DNA of 64,000 nt. It comes from Candidatus Moraniibacteriota bacterium (GTDB lineage Bacteria > Patescibacteriota > Minisyncoccia > Moranbacterales > UBA1568). The translations under genes were made by a program, and so were the position numbers. Positions within the stretch are counted from its first letter, which is position 1. The number at the start of each line of letters is the position of its first letter. A model generated the notes under the pieces. That model did no database searches. It worked only from the letters and a program-made list of their open reading frames with translations, and had not been told where the DNA came from. Where the stretch lies: the NCBI GenBank assembly GCA_016182385.1, contig JACPGV010000002.1, positions 55,553 through 119,552 on the forward strand. The letters are read 5' to 3'. Of this stretch, positions 1-12,100 are shown piece by piece.

Positions 1-566
1 ATAATGGGAATAATGTCATCAAACATTAATTTTGCGGAGTCTGTGGCGCGTTTTAAATCAGAACAAAATACAACATCAAATTTTTTATTTTTTATTTTAT
101 TTTTTAGTTCGATTGATTGCTTTCTCCCTAATTCTGAGAGTTCGACGTCAAACCAGCCGGAAGAAATGCCTTTTTCATTATCGATCGTTGTGCCGTGAAC
201 GAAATAGGTGATATTGATTGTTGTGTTGGAAAATCGTTTGTGTGTGGTAACCCGATGAATATCTTGTTTGGTGGTTGCTGCGAGATCATCAACTTTTTTA
301 CACAATACCTCTATCTCCCCTTGGGCATTCCACACTCTTTCACGAACTGTTTGGTTGTCATCTGGCATATTGAGACCATCCAAAACGATTTCAAGAGCTT
401 GTTTCGCGCTTAAATTATTTTTTGTGGCGATGATATCAACTTGCTGAGCAACTTTTTTTCCGAGTTCAACGAGAACATCTTCGCTGAATGTTTCATTTTC
501 AAACGTTGAAAAGTCTTCTTTTTCCGGCGCAATACTCAAATCTCCGAATTGTTCCCGTTCGTTCAT
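1..566 (-). CDS. Partial CDS (5' part; C-terminus lies beyond the window start) for a histidine-phosphatase (PGAM-family)-like protein. It carries an N-terminal extension of about 115 aa.
   Basis: Hand translation of the minus strand from ATG at 566. It gives ...ITYFVHGTTIDNEKGISSGWFDVELSELGRKQ...FDVVFCSDLKRATDSAKLMF. This matches the PGAM/SixA pattern (RHG...GW.D..LSE.G.Q...SSPL.RA.QTA), but the first residue of the RHG motif is Val. The ORF is absent from the ORF track because it runs off the window edge. Confidence 0.4.
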   Translation of the reverse strand, partial: MNEREQFGDLSIAPEKEDFSTFENETFSEDVLVELGKKVAQQVDIIATKNNLSAKQALEIVLDGLNMPDDNQTVRERVWNAQGEIEVLCKKVDDLAATTKQDIHRVTTHKRFSNTTINITYFVHGTTIDNEKGISSGWFDVELSELGRKQSIELKNKIKNKKFDVVFCSDLKRATDSAKLMFDDIIPI

Positions 567-733
567 AATCCAAGCGATTTCTTGATTTCTTTGATGCGTT
601 CACTGCGAAGCACTTTTTCAAAATCGGTGATTACCTTATCCTGCTCTTTTTTGAGAGCCAGGAGGCGTTTTAAATAAACATGATAAATCTCTTCGATTTC
701 GGCAATACGTTTTTTTATTTCATCTGATTCCAT
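563..733 (-). CDS. Small hypothetical protein of 56 aa, translationally coupled to the downstream phosphatase-like gene through an ATGA overlap.
   Basis: Hand translation gives MESDEIKKRIAEIEEIYHVYLKRLLALKKEQDKVITDFEKVLRSERIKEIKKSLGL. Its stop TGA overlaps the ATG at 566. It falls below the 60-aa cutoff of the ORF track. Confidence 0.3.
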   Translation of the reverse strand: MESDEIKKRIAEIEEIYHVYLKRLLALKKEQDKVITDFEKVLRSERIKEIKKSLGL

Positions 734-833
734 AGAGGTATTTGAAAAGATACGTTCTCAGTATAGGGGAATCTTATTTTTTTGTGAAGATGGGAAAAAA
801 GGGTTTCTTATGGTATGATTTTCGTAATAATCA

Positions 834-1646
834 TTGAAATATTTTATGGAGTATTTTCGTATAGGGGAAGCACTTTCTTTCGGGTGGCGGATGTATAAGG
901 CTCATTTTGTTTTTTTGCTGGTGGTTATTGCTATCGGTTTTGCGACAAATTTGTTTTTTAGTCTGCTGCAAGATACTTTCTCCAATTCCGAGATGCATCT
1001 TTTGAGTTTCTTGACGATTGGTTGTTCTTTGGTTGTGAGCACGATTCTTCGTATGGGTCAGATGCGCATGTATTTGGATCTTGTTGATTTTCAAAAAGAA
1101 GATTCGTACGACACTATTTTTTCTCAACACAGGCTTTTTTTACGATACTTGTTGGCCGGAATCGGGTTCGCCGCGCTCATTGTTTTAGGAATGATTTTGT
1201 TTATCATTCCCGGCATTTACCTTGCTCTCACCTATCGTTTTTTTGGTTATCTTATCGTGGATAAAAATATGGGGGCCATGGATGCCCTGAAAAAAAGCGC
1301 GATTATTACGAAGGGTGTCAAATGGCGTTTATTCATTTTTTCTGGCATTCTTTTGGGTATCAATTTTCTCGGACTCCTCTTTTTTGTCGTCGGTCTTTTT
1401 GTAACGATTCCGCTTTCTGTTGTAGCAGACGTTTTTGTTTATCGAGCCCTTTCTCGTCGCTTGGTGGAGAGCGAATCCCAAAATACTCCTGTGCCAATAC
1501 CTGTCCCGGCTCCTTCTTCTCCTTCTACAGCTTCTTCCACACCGAATTTTTTAATGGAGAGCGGGAACGCTTCAGCGGATGCGGCGTCGCATCCCGATCC
1601 TATAGAGGATCTCTCAGTAAATCAGTCGCAAGAAACAAAAAAATAG
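834..1646 (+). CDS. Polytopic membrane protein of the DUF975/GDPD-membrane-domain-like type, with a Pro/Ser-rich low-complexity C-terminal tail.
   Basis: Several hydrophobic segments are present. The motifs IGEALSFGWRMYKAHF and LALTYRFFGYLIVDKNMGAMDALKKS fit DUF975-type membrane domains. The C-terminus contains PVPIPVPAPSSPSTASS. Confidence 0.5.
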   Translation: MKYFMEYFRIGEALSFGWRMYKAHFVFLLVVIAIGFATNLFFSLLQDTFSNSEMHLLSFLTIGCSLVVSTILRMGQMRMYLDLVDFQKEDSYDTIFSQHRLFLRYLLAGIGFAALIVLGMILFIIPGIYLALTYRFFGYLIVDKNMGAMDALKKSAIITKGVKWRLFIFSGILLGINFLGLLFFVVGLFVTIPLSVVADVFVYRALSRRLVESESQNTPVPIPVPAPSSPSTASSTPNFLMESGNASADAASHPDPIEDLSVNQSQETKK

Positions 1647-1661
1647 AATTTTTTTTGAGTG

Positions 1662-3470
1662 TTATTTTTGTGAGAGGACGAATGTTATTGTTTCCGGGAG
1701 GCGGAAGCGCGTACCGAAAGAAAGAAAATCTTGAGGTTTTTTGAGATTTTTATTCGGGGTGAAGTGTTTTTCGGAACTCTTTGCGATTGAAAAAGTGTTT
1801 CTTTTTGTTTCCGCGCGCCGCACAGTTTCCTCGATTTCTTTGAGAAGAGAGAGGGTTTCGTCTTCCGGCGAAGCACTTTCTTGAGGAGAAACAACCTCTT
1901 CCTCAGGTATTTCCGGCAGTGTTTCTGTGACGGGATCTAATGTTTCTTTGATTGAGGGATTGCTCTTTTCGGAAGAATGATATTGCCAGAGCCACTTCCC
2001 TTTTTTTGTTTTTTGATAAAGGACATTCTCTTTTATTGTTGTTGCGGATGTATATTTTATTTTTTGAATGGTCTCGCCATTTGGTCCGCGCAATTCCACA
2101 AGACCTTTTTTATTGGGAAGAGTAAAGAGGGCATCTTTTCTTGTCAGAGGGGCGCTTTTTTTTGCCCCGATAATGAAACTTTCTCTGATAGGGTGATTGG
2201 TGAGTTTTTTGGTGCCGGTAGCGATACTGAAATCTTTGAGGTCAACCTCTTTTTTTTCTTTGTTTTCGATGATGAGGTACTCATGATCGGCGTCTTTTCC
2301 TTGGGGATTAGGGGCAATGGCCGTAATACGGACGCGTGGAGGTTTGTATGAGGAGATAACAAGAGGAAAAGTTTCTTTGAGATCATCATGTCCATCGGTC
2401 GTGAGAAGCGTGACGGTGTAGGTGCCATTGTTTTCATAGAGGTGAGAGGTTTTTTTCTTGTAGCTTTTGTGACCATCGCCAAAATCCCACGTGTATTTCA
2501 ATGTATCGTTATCAATATCTTTTCCCTTGGCGTTGAATAGGAGAGGAACCTTGCTGAAGCCTTTTTTAGGAACCTTTTCTTTTGTTTCTGGAAGGGTGTT
2601 GAGGATATTTTCTTTTCCGGGCGTTGGTCTGCCTCCGCGCCATCCATTTAGCGTGTAATTGAGAGATACTCCTTCTTTGGTTTTTTCGTAGCTTAGCGAG
2701 TGCACGGGAAAGCCTCCTGCGTCAAAAAGCGAAAGACTTTCATTCGTATTGTTGAGAGAGAGCTTAAATATCTGATCGGTAATGACAAGGTATTCACCTT
2801 TTTTGATTATGGTTGTGTTGGGGAATATATATTTTCCCGTTTTGGCGCCGTCTCGGAGAGTCCATTTGGAAAGGTTTATTTCTTCCGTTCCAAAATTGTG
2901 AAGTTCGACAAACTCTCCCTCATCACCTTTTGTTTTTGGATTGGGAAAAATTTCATTGATACGAAGAGAAAAATTTTTCGGTTCCGGCGGAGTGGTTTTT
3001 GGTTCTTCGGATGGATCTGGTGGTAGGGAAGGGATGTCGCAAGGGGCACCGAGAGATTTTTTGTCGAGAAGTATATTGCTCTTGTCGTACAGGAGAATGG
3101 TGGTGTTGTCGGTGATATAGTATGAAGCGCCAGAATACTCGAGATCGGCATGACGAGAGGTTTTATATTTTGGGTGAGCGATAAGGAAAAATCCTTGGGG
3201 AGAAAGGATTCCTTGGAAGTGTTTGGTGCTTACCAGAGAACTTTCTTTACAGGTGTCACCGGAGAGTGTTTTTTTGGTGAGTTTAAAACCGGAAAGATCA
3301 ATCGTGTCGGTCGTTTCGTTTTTGAGACGAACAAATTCATCATCGGCGGAAACGCCGCTTATTTGTATCTCGCTTATCGTTACAGAAGGGTCAAGAGCAA
3401 AAGAGATATGAGGGGAAGAGAAAAAAGCAAGAAGGCTAATGATAAAAAAAGAGAAGGGATGTATTTTCAT
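1662..3470 (-). CDS. Large secreted surface protein with three lamin-tail (LTD) domains and one PKD domain.
   Basis: A signal peptide (MKIHPFSFFIISLLAFFSSPHISFA) begins at the internal ATG at 3470; the ORF-track start at 3806 is probably too far upstream. The LTD signature FVELHN is present (NEIFPNPKTKGDEGEFVELHNFGTEEINLSKWTL), and two further LTD-like segments occur. The PKD motif is TLKYTWDFGDGHKSYKKKTSHLYENNGTYTVTL. Confidence 0.7.
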   Translation of the reverse strand: MKIHPFSFFIISLLAFFSSPHISFALDPSVTISEIQISGVSADDEFVRLKNETTDTIDLSGFKLTKKTLSGDTCKESSLVSTKHFQGILSPQGFFLIAHPKYKTSRHADLEYSGASYYITDNTTILLYDKSNILLDKKSLGAPCDIPSLPPDPSEEPKTTPPEPKNFSLRINEIFPNPKTKGDEGEFVELHNFGTEEINLSKWTLRDGAKTGKYIFPNTTIIKKGEYLVITDQIFKLSLNNTNESLSLFDAGGFPVHSLSYEKTKEGVSLNYTLNGWRGGRPTPGKENILNTLPETKEKVPKKGFSKVPLLFNAKGKDIDNDTLKYTWDFGDGHKSYKKKTSHLYENNGTYTVTLLTTDGHDDLKETFPLVISSYKPPRVRITAIAPNPQGKDADHEYLIIENKEKKEVDLKDFSIATGTKKLTNHPIRESFIIGAKKSAPLTRKDALFTLPNKKGLVELRGPNGETIQKIKYTSATTIKENVLYQKTKKGKWLWQYHSSEKSNPSIKETLDPVTETLPEIPEEEVVSPQESASPEDETLSLLKEIEETVRRAETKRNTFSIAKSSEKHFTPNKNLKKPQDFLSFGTRFRLPETITFVLSQK

Positions 3471-3567
3471 ACAGTCACTTTCTTGTAGCATAAAGGAGAA
3501 TGCGTGATCGTGCAATGATACTGTCTTGAACATATGGTACAAGACGTGATATACTGAAAAAAAATAT

Positions 3568-3903
3568 ATGGAAGAAAAAAAATCAACACGCACAATAAAA
3601 AAGAAAGAAGGGGGTGGAGCCTTTGGGATTTTTTTTGAAAGTATTTTCAAAAATATCCAGTCTTTTGTCGATGGTATTCTGGAAAGTTTGCATGAGGCGG
3701 CACATGTTTTTGCCAAACGTCTCTTGTGGGATTTTTTTCTTCTTGTTTTTGCCTGTGTCGGTATCGTTTTTTTGTTGGTGGGCATGACTCGTTTGTTGAC
3801 GATCATGTATCCGTTGCCAGGGGTTTCTGAAATGATCGTTGGTGGAATGATTTTGTTTATCGCTGGTGTGGTCTTTATGTGGGGGAGGCGAGGGAGGGCA
3901 TAA
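3568..3903 (+). CDS. Small membrane protein with two transmembrane helices, YqjE/DUF1469-like, sitting directly upstream of an ElaB/YqjD-like gene.
   Basis: Two hydrophobic helices are present (FFLLVFACVGIVFLLVGM and IVGGMILFIAGVVFMWG). It is paired with the DUF883-like ORF, an arrangement that recalls the E. coli yqjD-yqjE pair. Confidence 0.45.
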   Translation: MEEKKSTRTIKKKEGGGAFGIFFESIFKNIQSFVDGILESLHEAAHVFAKRLLWDFFLLVFACVGIVFLLVGMTRLLTIMYPLPGVSEMIVGGMILFIAGVVFMWGRRGRA

Positions 3904-3938
3904 TAGGGATAAAAAATAATTTTTAATATATTGAGAGT

Positions 3939-4181
3939 ATGACACGAAGTAAAGTTGGTTTTGCAGAAGTGAAAGAGAGCGTGGTAAAGGAGTTTGAAAA
4001 AAGTAAAAAAATGGCAGAACGGGAGGCTATGAAAATGAAAAAGGGTGTAGAGGCCTCACTCAAGAAAATTGATGAATACATGAAAAAAAATCCCGAAAAA
4101 GCGGCAGCTATTTCCGCGGGTATTGGAGCGGCTCTGGGAGCGGCGGTAGCACTTCTTATGACGAAGAAAAAAAAGAAATAG
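3939..4181 (+). CDS. ElaB/YqjD/DUF883-family membrane-anchored stress protein (a ribosome-associated type).
   Basis: A charged, partly coiled N-terminal region ends in a C-terminal tail-anchor helix AISAGIGAALGAAVALLMTKKKKK, which is typical of DUF883. Confidence 0.5.
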   Translation: MTRSKVGFAEVKESVVKEFEKSKKMAEREAMKMKKGVEASLKKIDEYMKKNPEKAAAISAGIGAALGAAVALLMTKKKKK

Positions 4182-4192
4182 GAGGAAGTAGC

Positions 4193-4218
4193 AAAAACCG
4201 GCGGTAAGCCGGTTTTTT
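4193..4218 (+). terminator. Rho-independent terminator downstream of the ElaB-like gene.
   Basis: ccggc-ggtaa-gccgg hairpin followed by TTTTTT. Confidence 0.6.
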
Positions 4219-4233
4219 GTAAGGAAGCGATCG

Positions 4234-4989
4234 GTGTATAATGAAACTATGGGTCTCATTGCCACACTGATAGCTTTTTTTCTTTGTATCCTGGGAGTAG
4301 GGTATTTTTACTTTGGCATGGATACGAAAGAGGTGACGGTTCATAATGAACAATCCGGCATAACAGGCGGGCTGGCTCGTTATGAAGAAACAAAAAATGC
4401 TGCGTTGGAGATAAAAGAGATTCTTGAACAAAAGGCATTGGATACCGTCGAAGAGGGAGTAGAAATTCATCAACAAGAAAAAGAGAATGTTCAAGAAAAG
4501 AAGGAAGAGAGTGGTAAAGAGGCGAGTGTACAGATCATCGAGCGACTGATGGGTTCTGGTTTTGAAGTGCCGAAAAATAAACGGAAGATTGATACGATTG
4601 TTCTCCACTCTTCTTATGATGCTTTGGGAAAAGATCCGTATGCTGTGGCGGGACTTATTAAGGAATATGAAGAATATGGTGTTTCGACGCATTATCTTAT
4701 CGATCGTAAGGGGGCGGTTTATCGGTTGGTGATTGATGAGAATATCGCCTATCACGCGGGAGCATCCAAAATGCCCGATGGCAGAGTTGACGCGAATAAT
4801 TTTTCTCTTGGTATCGAAATAATGAATACAGAAACTGAACAATATACCAAAGCGCAGCATGATGCTCTTCGTGCCTTGATTGCATATCTTAAAGATCGGC
4901 ACCCGATCGCTTTTGTCGTTGGTCATAAAGATATCGCTCCTCAGCGAAAAACTGATCCATGGAATTTTGATTGGAAAAAGTTGCAGTGA
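4234..4989 (+). CDS. N-acetylmuramoyl-L-alanine amidase (Amidase_2/PGRP, AmpD-like) carrying an N-terminal membrane anchor.
   Basis: TVLHSS, HYLIDRKGAVYRL, AYHAG and VGHKDIAPQRKTDP match Amidase_2 zinc-amidase motifs. An N-terminal TM helix is present. The start is either GTG at 4234 or ATG at 4249, and a TATAAT box lies at 4236-4241. Confidence 0.8.
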   Translation: MYNETMGLIATLIAFFLCILGVGYFYFGMDTKEVTVHNEQSGITGGLARYEETKNAALEIKEILEQKALDTVEEGVEIHQQEKENVQEKKEESGKEASVQIIERLMGSGFEVPKNKRKIDTIVLHSSYDALGKDPYAVAGLIKEYEEYGVSTHYLIDRKGAVYRLVIDENIAYHAGASKMPDGRVDANNFSLGIEIMNTETEQYTKAQHDALRALIAYLKDRHPIAFVVGHKDIAPQRKTDPWNFDWKKLQ

Positions 4990-5019
4990 TTTTTTGGGAA
5001 TTATTTTAAATAATCGTTT

Positions 5020-5316
5020 ATGGGATACGTGTTTTTTTTGGAAACCAAAAAAGAGGAGTCTTCTCTTTCGCTCGTACGGGAGGACGTGTTGATAGCGGCA
5101 AAGAAGTGGCGTGAATCACGGGATATGGGAAAACAGCTTTTTTCCGCGATAGATGAACTTCTTCTCCAATATGGCTTACAGGCCGGTGATATCGGTGATT
5201 TTGTTGTGCGATCTTCTTTGCCTTCAGTGTATACGGGAGTGCGTATTGCTGAGACAGTGAAGAAGGTGTATACTTTTGGTGTGATGCATCCTTCTTCCTC
5301 GACAACTTTGAAATGA
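5020..5316 (+). CDS. Truncated TsaB (YeaZ)-like protein containing the N-terminal domain only, 98 aa.
   Basis: LSLVREDVLIAAKKW ... KQLFSAIDELLLQYGLQAGDIGDFVVRSSLPSVYTGVRIAETV aligns with the TsaB N-terminus (ILAIDTATE...HAEHLLPMIDEVL...GPGSFTGVRIG). No C-terminal half follows in any frame. Confidence 0.5.
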   Translation: MGYVFFLETKKEESSLSLVREDVLIAAKKWRESRDMGKQLFSAIDELLLQYGLQAGDIGDFVVRSSLPSVYTGVRIAETVKKVYTFGVMHPSSSTTLK

Positions 5317-5360
5317 AAAAAAGAAGGAGGGTGGGAAATATGATACAAGATTTTTCTTTT

Positions 5361-5390
5361 AGCGGCTTTTTAAGCCATTTTTTGGTTTTT
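5361..5390 (+). terminator. Intrinsic terminator ending the amidase/TsaB-like transcription unit.
   Basis: ggctt-ttt-aagcc hairpin followed by a T-run (attttttggttttt). Confidence 0.45.
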
Positions 5391-5392
5391 AT

Positions 5393-5421
5393 TTGACAAG
5401 AAAAACAAACATTGTTACACT
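5393..5421 (+). promoter_or_regulatory. Sigma70-like promoter upstream of rpoB, followed by a leader of about 225 nt.
   Basis: TTGACA, 17 nt, then TACACT. Confidence 0.4.
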
Positions 5422-5646
5422 CAAACGTATTGTTTTGAAAAGCAGTTGACTTTCTGTCTCGTATCGCCTTTGGGTGAAAGGTCTATGGCGAGACCGAGTT
5501 GGAATCGTTGCTTAGAGAGAGCAGCTAATTTTTCCAACAGAATGGAGCGCATACACGCCCCTTATACCAAGTAAATAATTTATCCGATAATCTCACTTTC
5601 CCTACTTATCTTTATTGATAAGGAGTGTGGACGTGAGGGTGTTTTT

Positions 5647-9066
<3,420 letters not shown>

Positions 9067-9102
9067 CGTTTCACTCTCTTAAATCTTTACCACTACAATA
9101 TT

Positions 9103-12100
9103 ATGGAAAACATTACGAAGGTGAGTGATTTCGATAGCGTACGATTGACGCTTGCGAGCCCCGATCAGATTTCGGAGTGGTCGCACGGCGAAGTCACTAA
9201 ACCGGAAACTATCAACTACCGTACTCAACGTTATGAGCCGGATGGACTTTTCTGTGAAAAGATTTTTGGTCCATCCAAAGATTGGGAATGTTATTGCGGC
9301 AAATACAAGCGTATTCGTTATAACGGTATCGTGTGTGATAAGTGCGGTGTCGAAGTGACTCGATCTATCGTTCGTCGTGAGCGTATGGGTCATATCAAGT
9401 TGGCGACGCCGGTCTCGCACATTTGGTTTTTACGCGGTGTACCGTCAAAAATCGGTTTGGTACTGGGTATTTCACCACAAGATTTGGAGCGTGTCATTTA
9501 TTTTTCCTCCTATATTATTATGGAGGTCAATGAAAGCTTGAAGGCACAGACACTTGAACAGTTGGAAAAAGAATACAAGTCCAAACAGAAAGAGTTGAAA
9601 GCGAGCGAAAAGAATGAGAAGGCTTTTGAAAAAAATATTGAAGAGTTGAAAGAACAATACAGAACAACGAAAGAAGAGATTCGTAATCTTCGCTCCTATC
9701 AAATTCTTTCTGAAGTGGAGTATTTCAATCTCTCTAGTCGGTTTGGACAGGTTTTTACCGCTGGTATTGGAGCTGAGGCCATCAGAAAGATTCTTGAGAA
9801 AATCGATGTAAAGAAACAGTTGAAAGCGCTCAAGGAAGAGTTGTCGGAAAATGAGGCTACGGATCAGAAGAAACTTTTGCAACGATTAAAGGTTTATCAG
9901 GGGTTTGAAAAAGCCAATCTTCGTTTTGAGTGGATGTTGCCGACGGCTATTCCAGTTATTCCTCCAGATCTTCGACCAATGGTAGCTCTTGATGGTGGTC
10001 GTTTCGCTACTTCCGATCTGAATGATTTGTATCGTCGTATCATCAACCGTAATAATCGTCTTAAAAAATTGATGGCGATCGGAGCGCCGGAAGTTATTAC
10101 GCGTAACGAAAAAAGAATGTTGCAGGAAGCGGTAGACGCACTTTTTGATAACTCGGCTCGTCGTGGTCAGGCTTCAACTGCCGCGTCAACCGGTCAGCGT
10201 CGAGCGCTGCGCTCTCTAGCGGATGCTTTGAAAGGAAAACAAGGTCGCTTCCGTCAGAACCTTCTTGGTAAGCGTGTCGACTATTCGGGACGTTCGGTTA
10301 TCGTGGTTGGTCCGAAACTGAAGTTGCATCAGTGTGGTCTGCCGAAGAAGATGGCACTTGAGCTTTTCAAGCCGTTTATCATCAATAAACTCATTGAAAA
10401 AGAACACGCTCACAACGTTCGCACCGCCGGTCGGATGGTGGACGCTGAGGCTGAAGAGGCATACGAAATACTTGATGAGATTATTGAGCACCACTACGTA
10501 TTGCTTAACCGTGCGCCAACGCTTCATCGTCTTTCTATTCAGGCGTTTCAGCCGGTACTTATTGAGGGAAAGGCTATTCGTCTTCACCCGATGGTTTGTT
10601 CCGCCTTCAACGCTGACTTTGATGGTGACCAGATGGCGGTACACGTGCCGCTTACTGATCAGGCCCGTCATGAGAGTGCCAATATTATGCTCTCTTCCAA
10701 AAACCTCTTGAAACCTGCCTCCGGAGAGCCGATCGTTTCGGCAACACTTGATATGGTGCTTGGTATTTATTATCTCACTCATATTAAACCGGAAGGAAAA
10801 GGAAAAGGAAAAGCGTTTGGCACGATGGATGAGGCGATTCTTGCTCATCAGAACGGTATTGTGGATGTTAATGTAGCGATAAAGTTGTCATGGCAAGGTC
10901 GTATGATGGAAACATCTGTTGGACGGATTCTTTTGAACGATATTTTGCCGGAAAGCATGCGTTTCGTGAACGAAGAGATGATCAAAAAGGACCTGAAGAC
11001 CCTTATGGCGCGCATCCTTGAACAGTTGGGTCAGGATGAGGCGGCGAAGTTCGCTGATCGTTTGAAAGATTTGGCGTTTCGGGCGGTTTCTCGATCGGGT
11101 ATCAGCTGGGGAATGAATGATCTTGTTGTTCCGAAAGAAAAAGCAGAATATATGGCGAAGGCGGAAGAGCGTGTCAAAGAAGTGAAGGAACAATTTAACA
11201 TGGGACTTTTGACCAATGAGGAGCGAAAGAATCGTGTTATTGAAATTTGGAATGAAACAAAGAATCAGATAACTGACGCCGTTCGCGCCTCACTTGATAA
11301 AGAAGGCCCGGTCTATTCGATGGTTTATTCCAAGGCTCGTGGTTCCGAATCCGTTGTAGTACAGATGACTGGCATGAAGGGGCTTATGGCCGGACCGACC
11401 GGTGAAACCATTGAGCTTCCGGTCAAGAGCTCATTTAAGGAAGGTTTTAATGTTCTGGAATATTTCATTTCCACTCACGGTGCTCGTAAAGGCATGGCGG
11501 ATACCGCTTTGCGTACAGCGACTGCCGGATACCTTACTCGTCGTTTGGTTGATGTGGCTCAAGATATTATTGTGCGTGAAGAAGATTGTAAAGATAGCGA
11601 GGGTGTGTATCTCTATCGTGAGGATTCTGATGCGATCGGACAAAGCTATGCCGCTCGTATTGAAGGACGCGTGACGCTTGAAGCCGTCAAAGATCCTGAA
11701 ACGAAAGAGGTTATCGTAAAGAAAGGAGTGCTTATTACGAAGGTTGATGCCAAGAGCATTGAAGGAAAAAGTATTCCGAAGGTAAAGATTCGCAGTTTGG
11801 TGACGTGTAAATCTCGTCGTGGCGTTTGTCGTCTTTGCTATGGTGTCGATTTGGGAAGAAGTGCTCTTGTTGAACTCGGTGCTTCGGTCGGCGTGGTAGC
11901 GGCGCAAGCTATTGGTGAGCCGGGAACACAGCTTACGATGCGTACGTTCCATATCGGTGGTGTTGCTGGATCGGACATTACTCAAGGTTTGCCGCGTGTT
12001 GAAGAGATCTTTGAGGCGCGTGTCCCGAAAATGGAAGCGGTGCTCGCCGAAGTGGACGGTCAGGTAAAATCAATCGTGAAAGACAGCGTGAAAGTCGTAA

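Noticed and set aside
3471-3806. ORF-track start of the LTD/PKD protein at 3806, which extends 112 aa upstream.
   Set aside because: The extension overlaps the + strand small membrane protein gene (3568..3903) and lacks any feature. The internal Met at 3470 is followed by a textbook signal peptide.
5340-5396. 18-codon mini-ORF as a bona fide leader peptide.
   Set aside because: It is retained only as a low-confidence finding. It lies upstream of, not downstream of, the predicted rpoB promoter. The strong SD may instead be coincidental, and the hairpin may simply be the terminator of the upstream operon.
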